From Blasia pusilla (Eukaryota), in contig CM114271.1 of the NCBI GenBank assembly GCA_050084515.1, forward strand, positions 8,122,001 through 8,186,000: DNA of 64,000 nucleotides, written 5' to 3'. Position 1 is the stretch's first letter. Each line of letters begins with the position of its first letter. A program made the position numbers and the translations under genes. The notes below the pieces were generated by a model, which was not told the DNA's origin, made no database searches, and saw nothing but the letters and a program-made list of their open reading frames with translations. Shown in pieces: positions 13,201 through 25,024 of this stretch.

Positions 13201-14120
13201 GAAGTTTGCGACATCCCGTCACGGGGTGGTTCAACAATATGGGATTCCGGTAATGGAGGTGGATTGCAACCTAAAACCGTGGCATATATCTCGGAGCAAC
13301 CCGGGCGTGGACCCCTGCAGGCAGGATCGATGGCATTAGGAGAGCATGCGGCACTTTCCTAAATAAGAATGCACAAGGACTAGACGACCTCTGCTGGGTT
13401 TTGGGGACTCAAAACCTTTGATCGTTCACGAGGACGAGGGGATCAATTGAAGTACTTCTTCGCCCAAATGAATCTTGCGCTTTCCGGAAGTCTTATCCAC
13501 CGCCATTGGAGCTCCGGGAATACCCCAAGATTTGGCCCATGGCATGAGCACGAATCGCACTCAAGACGAAGTGGACAATCTTACAAGTGCCGGTTTCAGA
13601 CTCGTAGACGGGGGAAGTTCGGAGCATGTTCGCATTACAGAGACCTTTGCATTTTGTATTCAACCCAAGATTGATGTCAACATGTACCCGGAGAAGGTGT
13701 ATGATCTCAATCCATTATTTCTGTTTGAGTCTAGAAATGGGGTGAAGAGAAACAGAATGTGCAAGCCAACGGTGGAGAGAGCAAAGCGAAGTTGCAAAGC
13801 AGACTCGGGAGGCAAAAATGGAGATCATCGCCACGAAAGATGTCTTGAGTGGCAATGGAATAGGAAGGATGTATTGGGTCAGGAACAACACTGTAAATTC
13901 AAGTGTCACAGGGGTGTATGTGGTGCACATCTGTTGCTTTCCCACATGTTCATGTGATGACTTTGTCCAAAGAGAGACAAGTGGCAAAAGGTATTTCCTT
14001 GTAAGCACATGTACTATGTGTTCTTTGGTAGTTTTAAGAGAGTCGGAGGTAGGAGTAGGAATCCACCAACCACCAATTGTCCCTCAAAGAAGTTGAAGTA
14101 TTTTAAACAAACCACTTTGA
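10211..14120 (+). pseudogene. GCM-fold / MULE DDE / SWIM transposase (copy A), intron 12215-12687
   Basis: RQCVGALECRSPTC...CPHC...HVGSHTHP; WVSFD, FMADNA, DAFHW, GAEIVH; C-terminal CSCDDF...C; GTGAGT...TTGCAG intron; stops and frameshifts. Confidence 0.8.
12325..12630. repeat. 27-bp palindrome array within the transposase intron (copy A)
   Basis: gcaacccgacggaaaccgacgggttgc-type units. Confidence 0.85.
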
Positions 14121-14532
14121 GGATGCAAAGGAGGTTTTAGATTGTACTTTTATTTTTTTCTCAACCTTCACTTCGAGCTTGAACTCGATTCAGCCCCGGG
14201 AAAATGGTAGATTATTTGAGACCTTGGATGGAAAAAGTGATTGGTTCCACACTTATGATTCCATGATTTTTCAGTTTTCTAAATTTTGTGCAATTTGCAA
14301 CTCGTCGGACTCGGAGGGGTTGCCAAAATATGGAAGAGGAAAAAAAAACTGTGGGATTGCTTAATATATGAACAAAAAAGTGCAAAAAATTTCAAACAAA
14401 ACTTTCCTCTCTTCAACCCAACATGAAACTCTCTTCAAAAAAGAGTATCTATTTGGTTGACCCTAGTTTCTCTCTCTCCTCTCTCTCTCTCCTCTCTTCC
14501 TCTCTTCCTCTCCTCTTACCGAGTCTGGTTCC

Positions 14533-14735
14533 CAAGGGACTCAAGGACATACTGTGCAAGAGTGCCCCCTTCAACGAGATTTACGTTGGGTACAAGAAGA
14601 CCCATCTATGGAGGAGGGATGGTATCAAGCAGATCAGTGGGAGGGATGCTACGCAGTTCAGGAAATTTCACGGACTAGTGCTCCTCGAAGCTGGATTCTC
14701 CAATATGTACCACATGGGTATGGAGAGCAGAGGCT
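14533..14735 (+). pseudogene. Ty3/Gypsy gag fragment (from mid zinc knuckle onward)
   Basis: GTQGHTVQECPLQRDLRWVQEDPSMEEGWY matches GTQGHTSQECHTQRDLRWIQEDPTIEEGWY of the gag at 48770-49348. Confidence 0.85.
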
Positions 14736-14979
14736 AGAGTTCGGATGTTCCGCTTGGCGCTCGTTTGGTTATGAGGGTCATTGCTCTTGCCTAGTCTTGT
14801 TGGCATGCCTCAACGAGAGATATTTTTTGACATGTTTGTGATGATCTTTAGGAGGAATGGACATTCTCAGCTCCACTTGTGTTGGGGCAAAGGGCATTTT
14901 TGTGAATGTTCAGTCCCTACATAGGAAAAATTATCAATTGATGGAGGGAACGCTAGGTGTTCAACACTTACAAAATGTC

Positions 14980-15590
14980 AAAATCCAACAAGTTGCAAGT
15001 TCTTCAAATCTTAAGTCCTTGTTGGATGTCAACATTCATATTGCAACCCATCGGAATCGGATGGGTTGCAAGCAAGCTACAAGAATAGGGAACAAAATCT
15101 AACTACAACTCGTCGGATTCCGATGGGATGCAAGAAGAATTTAGTTGAAAACAAGAAGCAAACCGTCAATCAGAAGTATGAAGAACATAAGAACTTGCAA
15201 CCAGTCAGATTGTGAGTAATCTACTTGAGAATACTCTGCTTGCAACACGTCAAAATCCGACGAGTTGCAAGCCGTCGGATTCAAACGAGTTGGAAGATTA
15301 AATTTTCAAGATAAGAAGCAACCTGTCGGATTCTGACGGGTTGCAGCCTAAACTTTTTCGCAAAAAAAGTTGCTTGCAATCTGTCGGATTCGTACAAGTT
15401 GCAACCTCACACTTTGAGAAAATGTTGAACTCACCTACCACATAAAGTTTCCCCATTGCCTCATACGGATGGTCCACCAACTGAGCCAAGAACACAACTC
15501 TTTGTATTTCCCCTCAATTGCATGCGTGATGGTTACTCTTACTGTAGGTGGTGAAGGAAAACAAAAGACCTCCTCCTGAAATATATGGCT
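14980..15590. mobile_element. Rearranged fragments of a diverged subfamily of the same MULE
   Basis: Diverged palindromes; minus-strand HAIEGKYKELCSWLSWWTIRMRQWGNFM piece (about 15430-15527) abutting a plus-strand piece homologous to 11817-11880. Confidence 0.7.
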
Positions 15591-17049
15591 TCTTCCCCTT
15601 CCCTCATTCGATCTATAAGATCGAGGCCACTCGACGGACCTTTGGTTGACATTTTGAAGACATAGGCCCTGGATCCCTCGCCTCCTTGGCCCATGAACTG
15701 CCATCTCCGAATGAATGGAAATCTGGAGTTGGCCTTGATTCTGGCGATGGCATCCATTTCGGCCGTCTTTCCATCCGAGTAACTCAGATATCGACGCAAA
15801 GAAATTCGGAAGCATTCAGGATCAGCGAGAAATGCAAGATTTTCCCAGAGTTGTTTCTCCTCAACCGCCGTGATCTCGCCCTGTCCAGGGATTCCAAGCA
15901 ATTGTTCACAAATTTGTGATGCCGTTGTGAGCTTGATCACTCCGGGCTTTGAACCCGGAGAGTTTCTGTAGACCTCGGCTACTTTCTTCGCCACATCCTC
16001 CTTGATGTGTCTTTGAATTGCATCGGTCACAGGATGAGTGTGGGAGCCAACATGGACAGCCAGCCTTGTATACTCTGACGTGGAGCCCAAATCGTGGACA
16101 ATGAAAAATATGTATGCAGGACACGCTCCAACGCAGAAGGGCGATGCCTGACAATGAGGACATCGATGGCCTCCCGACGGTATGATGGCACCGACCTCGT
16201 ATGGAGTTTCTGCATTCTTGGGAGGGAATTGCAACGTATTGAATCGCCCGTTGCGATCTAGATATGGGCATGCTGGACTTCTACACTCCAAGGCTCCCAC
16301 GCATTGGCGGCGGGAGACAATCCAAGGACCATCTGGAATTGAAGCACTGGTCCATTGAAGCCTGCACCATCGATGACAATCTGACTTTCTATCCATACCC
16401 TTCAGGTGTCCTCCATCCTTCTTTTGAGCAGGAGCAGCAAGTGGAGGCAACTCAAAAATGCAATTACCATCGTACGTGGGCGGCAACTCGTCGACAAGAA
16501 TGTGCTTGAACATTTTCAAGGGTAGAGACGAAAGCAAACTATTGCCTGATACTCGCAAGAGGAACGAGTAGGCGGACAGAGGGCCCGATTGGGTCCGACA
16601 GATCCACTGAGGTTGATAACATCCGGAATCTCTTCAGGAAAAGCAACATTGTTACGAGCGTGCGAAGTTGGAGTCAAAGCCGGATCTGCAGAGCTTGGAG
16701 TTGCAAACGTAGAGCTCGGAGCACTAGGAAATTCTAGACCGTCTACTTGGGAAACAAACGAATTCAGGGGCAGGCCGTAAACTCTGTATTGACCATTTGG
16801 TAGAGTTAGGAGATTCCATACTTTACGGTCTGAGGTCACTGGCTGGATTGTCTCACCTATTATGTCTTCCGTACTGTCCACCCTAACATCTTTGGATACA
16901 AAGATGATTCCAATTTGGAGAAGAAATCGAACAGACAGAAAATTTTCATCCACTACTATGAAAGACTCACGAGCTTGGGGTCGAATGATTTCCGATTGAG
17001 GAAGGGCCGCCAGATGACTGCCACAAGTGACCTTAACATAATTATCCAT
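15591..17049 (-). pseudogene. 5' half of GCM/MULE transposase (copy B)
   Basis: MDNYVKVTCGSHL start; 339-aa ORF 15539-16558 with GCM-like Cys/His pattern; truncated before the DDE core. Confidence 0.8.
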
Positions 17050-17101
17050 TCCAAGAAGATTCCAATGGGAGGAGACTGAGAATGACAATGTGAGAATATT
17101 T

Positions 17102-18078
17102 AATTTATAGTGAATAGGAAACAGATACTCCTGACTGATTTTTACTGACAAGATGAATTCGGTGGGTGACATTGTCTGACACAATGGATCCAATTCTATA
17201 ACACATTCAATTCTGTTGCAATATGTTACCGGATTTGGGAAGCAAAGGGTTGCGCATCACACTTGGAACCCGTCGGAGTCCTGGTAACTCAAAAATTACC
17301 CGAAGCTAACTGAAGCCTGCAACCCGTCGGCATCGGACGGGTTGCACGCTTCTACTAAACAATGTCGAAGCGAGCAACCCGTTGCTCTCCAACGAGTTGC
17401 TCGGATACCGCTCCTTCTTGCCCGAAGATGCCGGAGGCGTGCAAATCGTCTGATCCTGACGAGTTCCGCGGGTGCCTCGCCTTTTAGCCCAAAGACGACA
17501 AGGCGTGCAACCCGTCGCCCTCCAACGGGTTGCGCAAGGGCCTCGCCTTGTGGTGCAGCCAACCAGACTCCGACGACTTGCACGGGAAGCCCTCGTTCTT
17601 AACCCTTGATGAGGGAAGCGTACAACCCAACGGTCTCTGATGGATTGCCCAAGATACGTCCCGTTCCCGTCCCAAACACGGCGGAGGCGCGCAACATGTC
17701 GGTCTCCGACGGGTTGCGCAGGTACCTCACGTTCTTTTCCAAAGACGACGGAGGTGCTCAACCCGTTGGTCTCCAATGGGTTGCTCGCACACGTGGCAAC
17801 GTACCCAGGATGGCGGAGGCGCGCAACATGTCGGTCTCCGACGGGTTGCGCGGGTACCTTGCGTTCTTTTCCGAATACGACGGAGGCGCTCAACCCGTCG
17901 GTCTCCGACGGGTTGCTCGCGCACGTGGCGACGTACCCAGGATGGCGGAGCTGCGCAACCTGTCGGACTCCGACGGGTTGCCATTTTTCACGTCCGGATT
18001 TCCGTAACATCCGGCACGTTGCCGTCAAAAGGACGACGGGACCCAACGGTCAGCCCAACGGCTAGAAAAGTATAAATA
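17102..18078. promoter_or_regulatory. Bidirectional promoter region: divergent TATA boxes flanking a palindrome array with a 132-bp higher-order repeat
   Basis: TATAAATT (minus, 17102-17109) faces the transposase; TATAAATA (plus, 18071-18078) faces the accessory gene; gcggag unit recurs at 17681, 17813 and 17945; same layout in copies C and D. Confidence 0.65.
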
Positions 18079-19554
18079 GGGCAGAAATCGCTCATTTCCG
18101 GTTTCTCATTTCTCGATCTTCATTCCTCACTCTCCCGCGCAGCAGCTGATCACATACGAAGGGGCATTTCACACGGCGACACATCGCGAGTCGATAGAAG
18201 GGAACGAGAGCGAGACCGTTCGACGCAACGACAGCGAGACGGTTCGACCGAGCGATCGCGGAATGATTCGAGCTACCCATCAAGGCGATTCGAGCTCCCA
18301 TCTCGACATCAGCAAGGCGACTGATGAAGGGATTCGTCGTGGACATAGGTGGAGGCATTTCCGGAAAAAATGACGAGGAAAAATCACAAGCCAACAAGTC
18401 AGGAGCTTCACTCCGAAGTCCATTAGGACTCTGCGTCGGCTTCTCTTGGGCCTCGTTCGCGAATGAAATTAGGCAGGAAATCGAGGAGCGGAAAGGGAAG
18501 CGGAGATGCACAACCAAGTGCTTCTTGCGAGACGTGTTCAAGAGGCGCTAGATAAAGCGTAAGCAGAGAGGCGGAGACGTCGCAGCCTTGAAGAAAAGGA
18601 TCGCCGGCGAAAGAGAGAAAAGAAGCGTGACGGGGCGTCGGTGAGGAGGGTAGAATTGGCTAAATCAAGGAGGGAAAAAGCGATAGCCATTGCGATAGCC
18701 GAGCCCGCCCAACCGCAAGTGTTGAGATGGGGGAAATGTCCCCACGAAGTCCGGGACACAATCAACATAGTGGAAACACGAAGTTGAAATCGATGACGAC
18801 GAGGTCATGAGGACCGCCAGCGTGGAGATGGTGGACATGGCGAAGAAGCCGGAGAGCGGTCATTTCGACTCAAGCCCGGCGGAGGACATCGACCTCTATC
18901 GGATCGACGAGTTCCCGTCGATTTGCGGCCCTGTCTCGACAAGTTAGTGGTCAAGAAACCGATCCCATTTTCGGCGGGTAAGAGAGGTTCGGGTTTTTTG
19001 AATTATGTGAATTGCAATTCATTGGGATTTCAGTGTAGCTTATTCCTCTTGTCCGGTTCGACGGTGGTGGTAAAGCGGATGGCACTCATGGAGGGCCCAA
19101 CGCCCCGAGGATTCCACTCTGCCGATTGCGGACAATGGAATACGTCCGCGAAATTCAGTCCGACGAGGACATCGCGAAGCTAAAACAATCGGCGGCGACA
19201 ACATCCTACGTCGATAGCTTTCCTCCCTTCTATGTTCAGCCTTACGACGAGCATGGAACCGAAGCTCTGGTTACCGAGGAGGACTTGGAAAAGCTCGACA
19301 CATTCTGGAGGATGCGAGACCAGGATTTCAGAAGGCAAGTTGAGGGCACGGAATTCAGCTGGATGAGGAATCTGCATTTCTTCATCTGGGACGGAAATCA
19401 CAAGTTCATGGCGTGGACCAAGTTTGCAGAGGAGCGGCCCAACTCATTGGAGGCACATTTCTGCGTGAAGGCAATGGTCCTTCATCCATACCCTCATCAC
19501 ATGGCGACGGTGGAGATGGCAATGCATGCCATGAACACGTGAGTATCTTTAACA

Positions 19555-20080
19555 CTTTCGCAACTCGTCGGACTCCGACGAGTTGCTCGATTAATGAATG
19601 GGTTAGGTTTGTTTTTGCCGAAAGCAACTCGTCGGACTCCGACGGGTTGCTCAACTGCACACTTTTTGGATGTTTTTTTAAGATTGCAACTCGTCGGACT
19701 CTGACGACTTGTTTGATTGACCATAGATTTAACTAGTTTTTGGCCCAAAGCAAACCGTCGGAGTCCGACGGGTTGATTTCGCCAAAAATAGTTTCGAGGC
19801 AAGCAACCCGTCGGACTTCGACGGGTTGCTTTGGGGAAAAAACCTTCTAAACCTGCAGTCACTCGAGCAACTCGTCAGAGTCCGACGAGTTGCATTCTTC
19901 AAAAAACATCCTGACAAGGCAGCCTATCGAGCAACCCGTCGGACTCCAACGGTTCACTAACCAGGCATTAGCAAATCTGAATGCAATCCGTCGGACTCCG
20001 ACGGGTTGCATCATTTAGCTCGTTGCTAGAATCCGACCTTGAGCTGTGACGACCCATCCGAGTCCGACAGGTTGCAGGAA
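19555..20080. repeat. 27-bp palindrome array (intron, copy B)
   Basis: e.g. gcaactcgtcggactccgacgagttgc at about 19560. Confidence 0.9.
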
Positions 20081-22209
20081 CCCATGTAATTTCCTGACGG
20101 GTTGAGTTTGGATGTGCAAGATTGTATCGGAGGGGAATGTCACCCACCATTGGATCCAGGACTGCGATCGGGTGAGGAAGGTGCTTACGACGCACCCGGG
20201 AGAGTACAGGGGGTTCTTGGGCGATGCCCTCGTCAATCAGATGCTTGCAAGGGGTGCTCAGATTAAGAAGAAAACTTGGGCAAATAAGTTTATTTCTCAA
20301 GATGCAGCCATAACCATCCTTTGCTGGTCGAAGATACAGGCCGTGAAGAAAAGCGCTGAAGTGGAGCTGGAGCGGAGGGAGAAGGTATCTGCGTCTGAGC
20401 GCGCCAAATTCATCCAAGCTACGATTATCTCAACGAAATACACAGCGAGCAAGATGCAGCCATACATCAGCATTCTCAACCCCGAACTTGGTCTGGAGTT
20501 CTACGAGGAGCTGAAGGCGATTATCAAGCGCCAGCGGAAGAGGGATGAAGATCCGCATGGTCGGATTGGGGAGAAAGTGTCGCTGGATCACGTGCATCCG
20601 TTTGCGTTGTCCGGGATAAGCGAGTTTAGGAGGATACGACTAATGAAAATCAGTCTCGAGGGCTCAGAGGCCCTAGAAGAGGGCGGCACACCATCCTCCG
20701 GATATGTCCGATCCAGTGATCTCGCATTAGCTAGGCGAATGGTCATTCTGGGACGCGGTGCGGGTAATCGGGAAGTCCGTGCTGGACGGTCTGCAAGCGG
20801 AGCTCAGAAGATTAGAGCCAATTCCGTCGGAAGCAAACCTTGAAAGTTCTGGAGATTTCGAGGTTTGGCTCGACGACATCCGGGACAAGCCAACCAAAAA
20901 CCCAGGATTCAAGACCATGTTCAAGGTTTGCGTCCTCCCTCAGGCAGAGCTTGACGAAGTAGAGGGGAACAAACAAGATCAAGCAAAGAAGAAGCGAGAT
21001 CTACAGGAGCAGACGGCCGATTCTGTTCGACTAAAAGCTGCCCAACGGATGGTCTTCAGGTACCTCGTCTAGTGTAAGAACGCAGGTACGTGGGGAAAAT
21101 TACCGGTAGCCTTGAAATTGTGGGCTTCGCCGGCGGATGCAGAGACATTCTCCATGTAAGACGTGGAGATGGGGCAGCACATGTTCGATTGGGAGGTGGA
21201 GAATTGCCCCATTTGGCTCGACTTAAACGACCCTGAAGACATCACGGATAAGGACCTACGAGTGCTTCATGATGCAGTGGCCTCAGGACAAGACGACATC
21301 CCCAATTTCGTCGGCCAAGACTTCTTCGGAGGAGATGCGTAAGAGCAGGCCCACGAGACAGTGAGTTGGCTTCAAAGGTCCGCACAGCCAAAGACAAATC
21401 CACAGCGGGTCTCAAAGGCAAGGCGAGGGGAGGGAAAAATTCAGAGGCCGAGTCTTCCCAAAGAGAGGCTGAAGATTCAAGGCGGAATCGTCCGGACGAG
21501 CGGGGAGAGATTGTCGGACCAGGTCCTCGGCGAAAAAAACGCCACCAGAATCTGAGGTCATAGAAACCCCCACAAGCCGTCCCCAGGCTAGGGAGAAGCG
21601 GAAGCGAGAGGTGCCCGGGTTGTCCCAAGGAGAATACAGCCCATCATCCTTGGGAAGACACAGACAAAAAACGACTCGGACAAGCATCCTCCTTCAATTC
21701 ACTCCTTTACTAGATGAGCTGAAGAGCTTCACTTCTCAAGCGTCGACACCAGCCATCGAAAAATTGACAACGCTGGGACGGAAGCTCCAACAAAACGGGC
21801 ACGCTGCCTGGACGGTGAATGGAGTGGTCGAAGAGGTTGCGGCGGATCTCTTGATCGCCGATCTGCCCTCGGGGTTGCGACTTTGGGGCGAGAATCCGTC
21901 GGACGAGGTACCTGAGTGGAATGTGCCGCTCTCTTATGACCAGATTGCACTTTTGTTCTCCTTTGCATATGCCTATCTGAGTGACAAGGGCTGCTTCTTG
22001 GTGTTGACTGGAGGGAGCGAGGACGAGCTCTTCAACCTCCAGTGCGTCAAGAGGTCGCTAAAGTGGAGGACGGCACAATCGTGGATCATCAAAAACAAGT
22101 ACCCACTCCGATCCGCGACGAGTCAGATTCGGGTAAGGCTCAATTCCTGTACTATAGTTTCAATTATATTTTAATTATGTGTATAATGAGAGTCAATCTG
22201 GGTTTTTTT

Positions 22210-22595
22210 GTCCGTAAGCAACCCGTCGGAAGGCGACGGGTTCTTTGGCTTTAGAGCGACCCATGCTCGGTGCCGAGCAACCCGTCGGTTTCCGACGGGT
22301 TGCATCTTTCCACATACAGGAAAACGCGGTGTACGCAACCCGTCGGAACCCGGCGAGTTGCGCTTGCTTTTGGTTTTTCGGTTGATTTTGGTTTTTGGAT
22401 GCAACCCGCCGATAGCGGCGGGTTGCTCTCAGCAGCATGGGTCGCTCTAGGCCAGCAACCCGTCGCCCTCCGACCGGTTGCTCATGGACAAAATCAACGG
22501 AGCCCAACGGGTTTTTTTCTCCCTGACCAACCCGTCGGAAGGCGACGGGTTGGTCTGGGACAAAACAACCCGTCGGACTCCGACAGGTTGATCCA
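22210..22595. repeat. 27-bp palindrome array (intron between the two MTase-motif exons, copy B)
   Basis: gcaacccgtcggtttccgacgggttgc-type units. Confidence 0.9.
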
Positions 22596-25024
22596 AAGTC
22601 AGTTATTGAAAATGTTCTCAAGCGACTTCTTTAGTTTTCGACATTGTTTCCAGCGTCTTTGATTCTGAGATGGACCACTCCTACGCTCATCGCTTCGTTC
22701 GGCCCGAGCATAATTTCCAGGTGTTCAATGAGGGTGGCTCTGGTCCGGAAGATCGATTCAGGATCCTGTGGATCGATGCTCAGATGGGTACAGCTTAGAT
22801 AGTTTGTACAATTCCCCCCCGGGAATTTACATGCAAGACAATACCCCACTTTTGGGAGGAAGGGAAAAGTTGCCAGCCCTAATGCAAATGCTCATCGAGC
22901 TCTGCTCAAGGCCGGGTGACTTGGTGTTCGACTTAGTGGGACTTTCAGGGGCAAGTATCAAAGGCGCCTGGCAGAGTGGCAGGAATATTCTCTGCCTCGA
23001 GGGAAGGCAGGAACAGTTTGACCTTTGCAAGGAGGCAAAGGCAGAATACGAAAGGCTCGTTGGGGCGTACAACTCTCCACCGAAGCCGAGAGCTTCCGTT
23101 CCAGAGCCACCCTTGGTAGTGACTCCATCGTCACTTCCAACGATTCCCAAAATCAGGAGGGCAAGGCCGAAAGTGATTTTGCAAGAGCTCTCGGACGATG
23201 ACGAGTGCATTCAAAGAACTCAACGACCCAGCTTGACTGTAGCGTTTGGAGTAGGGAGTTTTTTTATAATGAGGCAAAAGATTTCATAGAATAGATCAAA
23301 TGTACAGTTCCGAGCATTTTTCGGATGATATAAAGCAGAAGATTTTTTCGATCGATGGTGGTGCTTGTAAATGTTTGCTGATCATTTTTTGTCTTTTCGA
23401 ATGTGATCGTCTATGTACTCCACAGACTTCTATTTTGCAACCCGTCGGATTTCTCCTGCTTGCAACTTTCACTTTATGACCACTGCAACCCGTCGAGTTT
23501 CTCCTCCTTGCAACTTTTCGCTTTTTGACCACTGCACCCTATTTACCACCTCCAGGAAACCTGTCTAATTCCGACAGGTTGCCTGATCGGACCCTTTCCC
23601 TGTTGGTCCAACTTAAGAGGCAGTCTGGCAGGCTTCTTCCCTTGGCACCTTCCCCTCAACTCGTAAAGGCAGGCGTAGGCTTCTTTTCTTCTCTCAAACG
23701 TGTTGGATTCCTTCTACCTGTGCGGTTGCCATAATGGTATTACCGGGGACGGAGCAGATATTGATACTTGATGGGTGTCACATTGCAGAGCGTACAAGGT
23801 ATACTGCCGAGGAAGGCGGTGGGACTCGAGACAGGTTACATGGGACCGTTATGGTGTACCTAGGGGGGGGGCCAAGGCTCTCAAATTCGCCAACATTTTC
23901 GGTCCCCGTCTACAATCGGCCAGAGGAGCCACTTGAATCCCAGGACATTCCTTTGAAATTGTCACCGAGGAGAGTTAGGAGTAAATTTGTAGATGACGAG
24001 GCTGAAGAAATCATAAACTAGGTGAAATGTACATTTTCGAGGTTCCTTCGGAGGTAATAAAGGACGAGATTTTTTCAACCCATAATGGTGTTTGTAAAAG
24101 TTTGCTGGAGTATGTTTTTGGACTTGTGGATTGTGTTCTTTTAGCTACTCAGAATTACAATTCTGCAACCCGTATGATTCCGACTTTTTGCTTTTTGCCC
24201 ACTGCAACTTTTTAACCATTTCCAGGCAACCTGTCGGATTCCGATAGGTTGGCTGCTTGAGTCATCGGACTCTATCCCGGTGAGACCAACTTCTGGCGCA
24301 TTGTGGCGGGCTTCTTGACTTTTGGCTCGTTCCCCTTCATTCGTCCAACCAGTTGTAGGCTTCTTTTCTTGTCTACGATGTGCAGGATTCCTACTACCTG
24401 TCGGATTGCCATTTCGGATTCCCAACCCGTTAGATCGTCGTGGGTGCAGGGTGGAAGAAAATCACTTCTAAAAATATTTCCTCTCTTATGGTGAGCTTTC
24501 TTACGGGTTGGGAGGGGTGCAGCTTCTCGGTTTCTCAGCCTTAGGATCTGATTTGTTCACATTTCAGAAAGTTGGTCTTGAGCAGACACCATTCATAACC
24601 GGCAGAAAGTTGGTTATGGGGCAATTTAGGGGAGGCCATGATGCAGGCAACAATCCCTGCAAAAAGAGATGTACCCATCCGGGTGGTCCTCCAACAAAAA
24701 TACCAAGGGCACTGCTTTTTTGTTGACCGAGACAGGGAATGTTAAGAAACTTAGGCTCACATGGAGAGTGATGGAAAAATGTTTAGGGTGGTCTTATGAT
24801 GTCTCCTTTTTTCTCGCCCCCAGGAAAGAGGAGGTTTTTTTAGGGCCAAATTTGGACCACTAAATACTCTCTTCTAAAGATTTCCTGAATTTTAAAGCAA
24901 ACAAAAATTTCAAATATGTCAAAAAGTTTTGAAGAGAGGAGGCGGATTTGGCCTTTTTTTTTTAAGAGAGACTCTCCTCTCTTCCTCTCCTCTCTTACTC
25001 TCTCCTGTCAAAATACCTGCCCCC

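Larger units (their letters stand above)
3215..14521 (+). mobile_element. Mutator-like (MULE) DNA transposon, copy A; promoter array deleted at about 10034
   Basis: Left end GGGGGCTGGTATTCTGGCAGGAGAGAGTAAGAGAGG shared with copies B, C and D; right end (CTCTCTTC)n-CTCTTACC shared with copy C; colinear with the other copies. Confidence 0.9.
18370..24021 (+). pseudogene. ParB/Srx + beta-class amino-DNA-methyltransferase-fold gene (copy B, most readable copy)
   Basis: ParB exon about 19068-19539 (IWDGNHKFMAW) ending at AC|GTGAGT; DLLIADLPSG at 21845-21874; donor CGG|GTAAG near 22133; EKLPALMQMLIELCSRPGDLVFDLVGLSGASIKGAWQSGRNILCLE at about 22862-23000; probable last exon ends VDDEAEEIIN* at 24021. 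Confidence 0.72.
15591..25024 (-). mobile_element. MULE copy B (inverted; right part of transposase and right end missing)
   Basis: Reverse complement of copy A/D; left terminus cctgccccc ends at 25024. Confidence 0.9.

Noticed and set aside
3215-14521. Programmed frameshifting to explain the fragmented ORFs
   Set aside because: Indels differ between copies and are scattered, which fits decay or sequencing error.
17296-18075. Many overlapping ORFs with ATRRSPTGC / NPSESDG / QPVGxRRV repeats (also 5558-5977, 12224-12704, 33250-33862, 54350-54827, 62152-62920)
   Set aside because: They are six-frame translations of the stop-free 27-bp palindrome, not proteins.
18370-24021. Bacterial or phage contamination explaining the ParB and MTase motifs
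   Set aside because: The gene is split by GT-AG introns, multi-copy, TSD-flanked and nested among plant-type retrotransposons.
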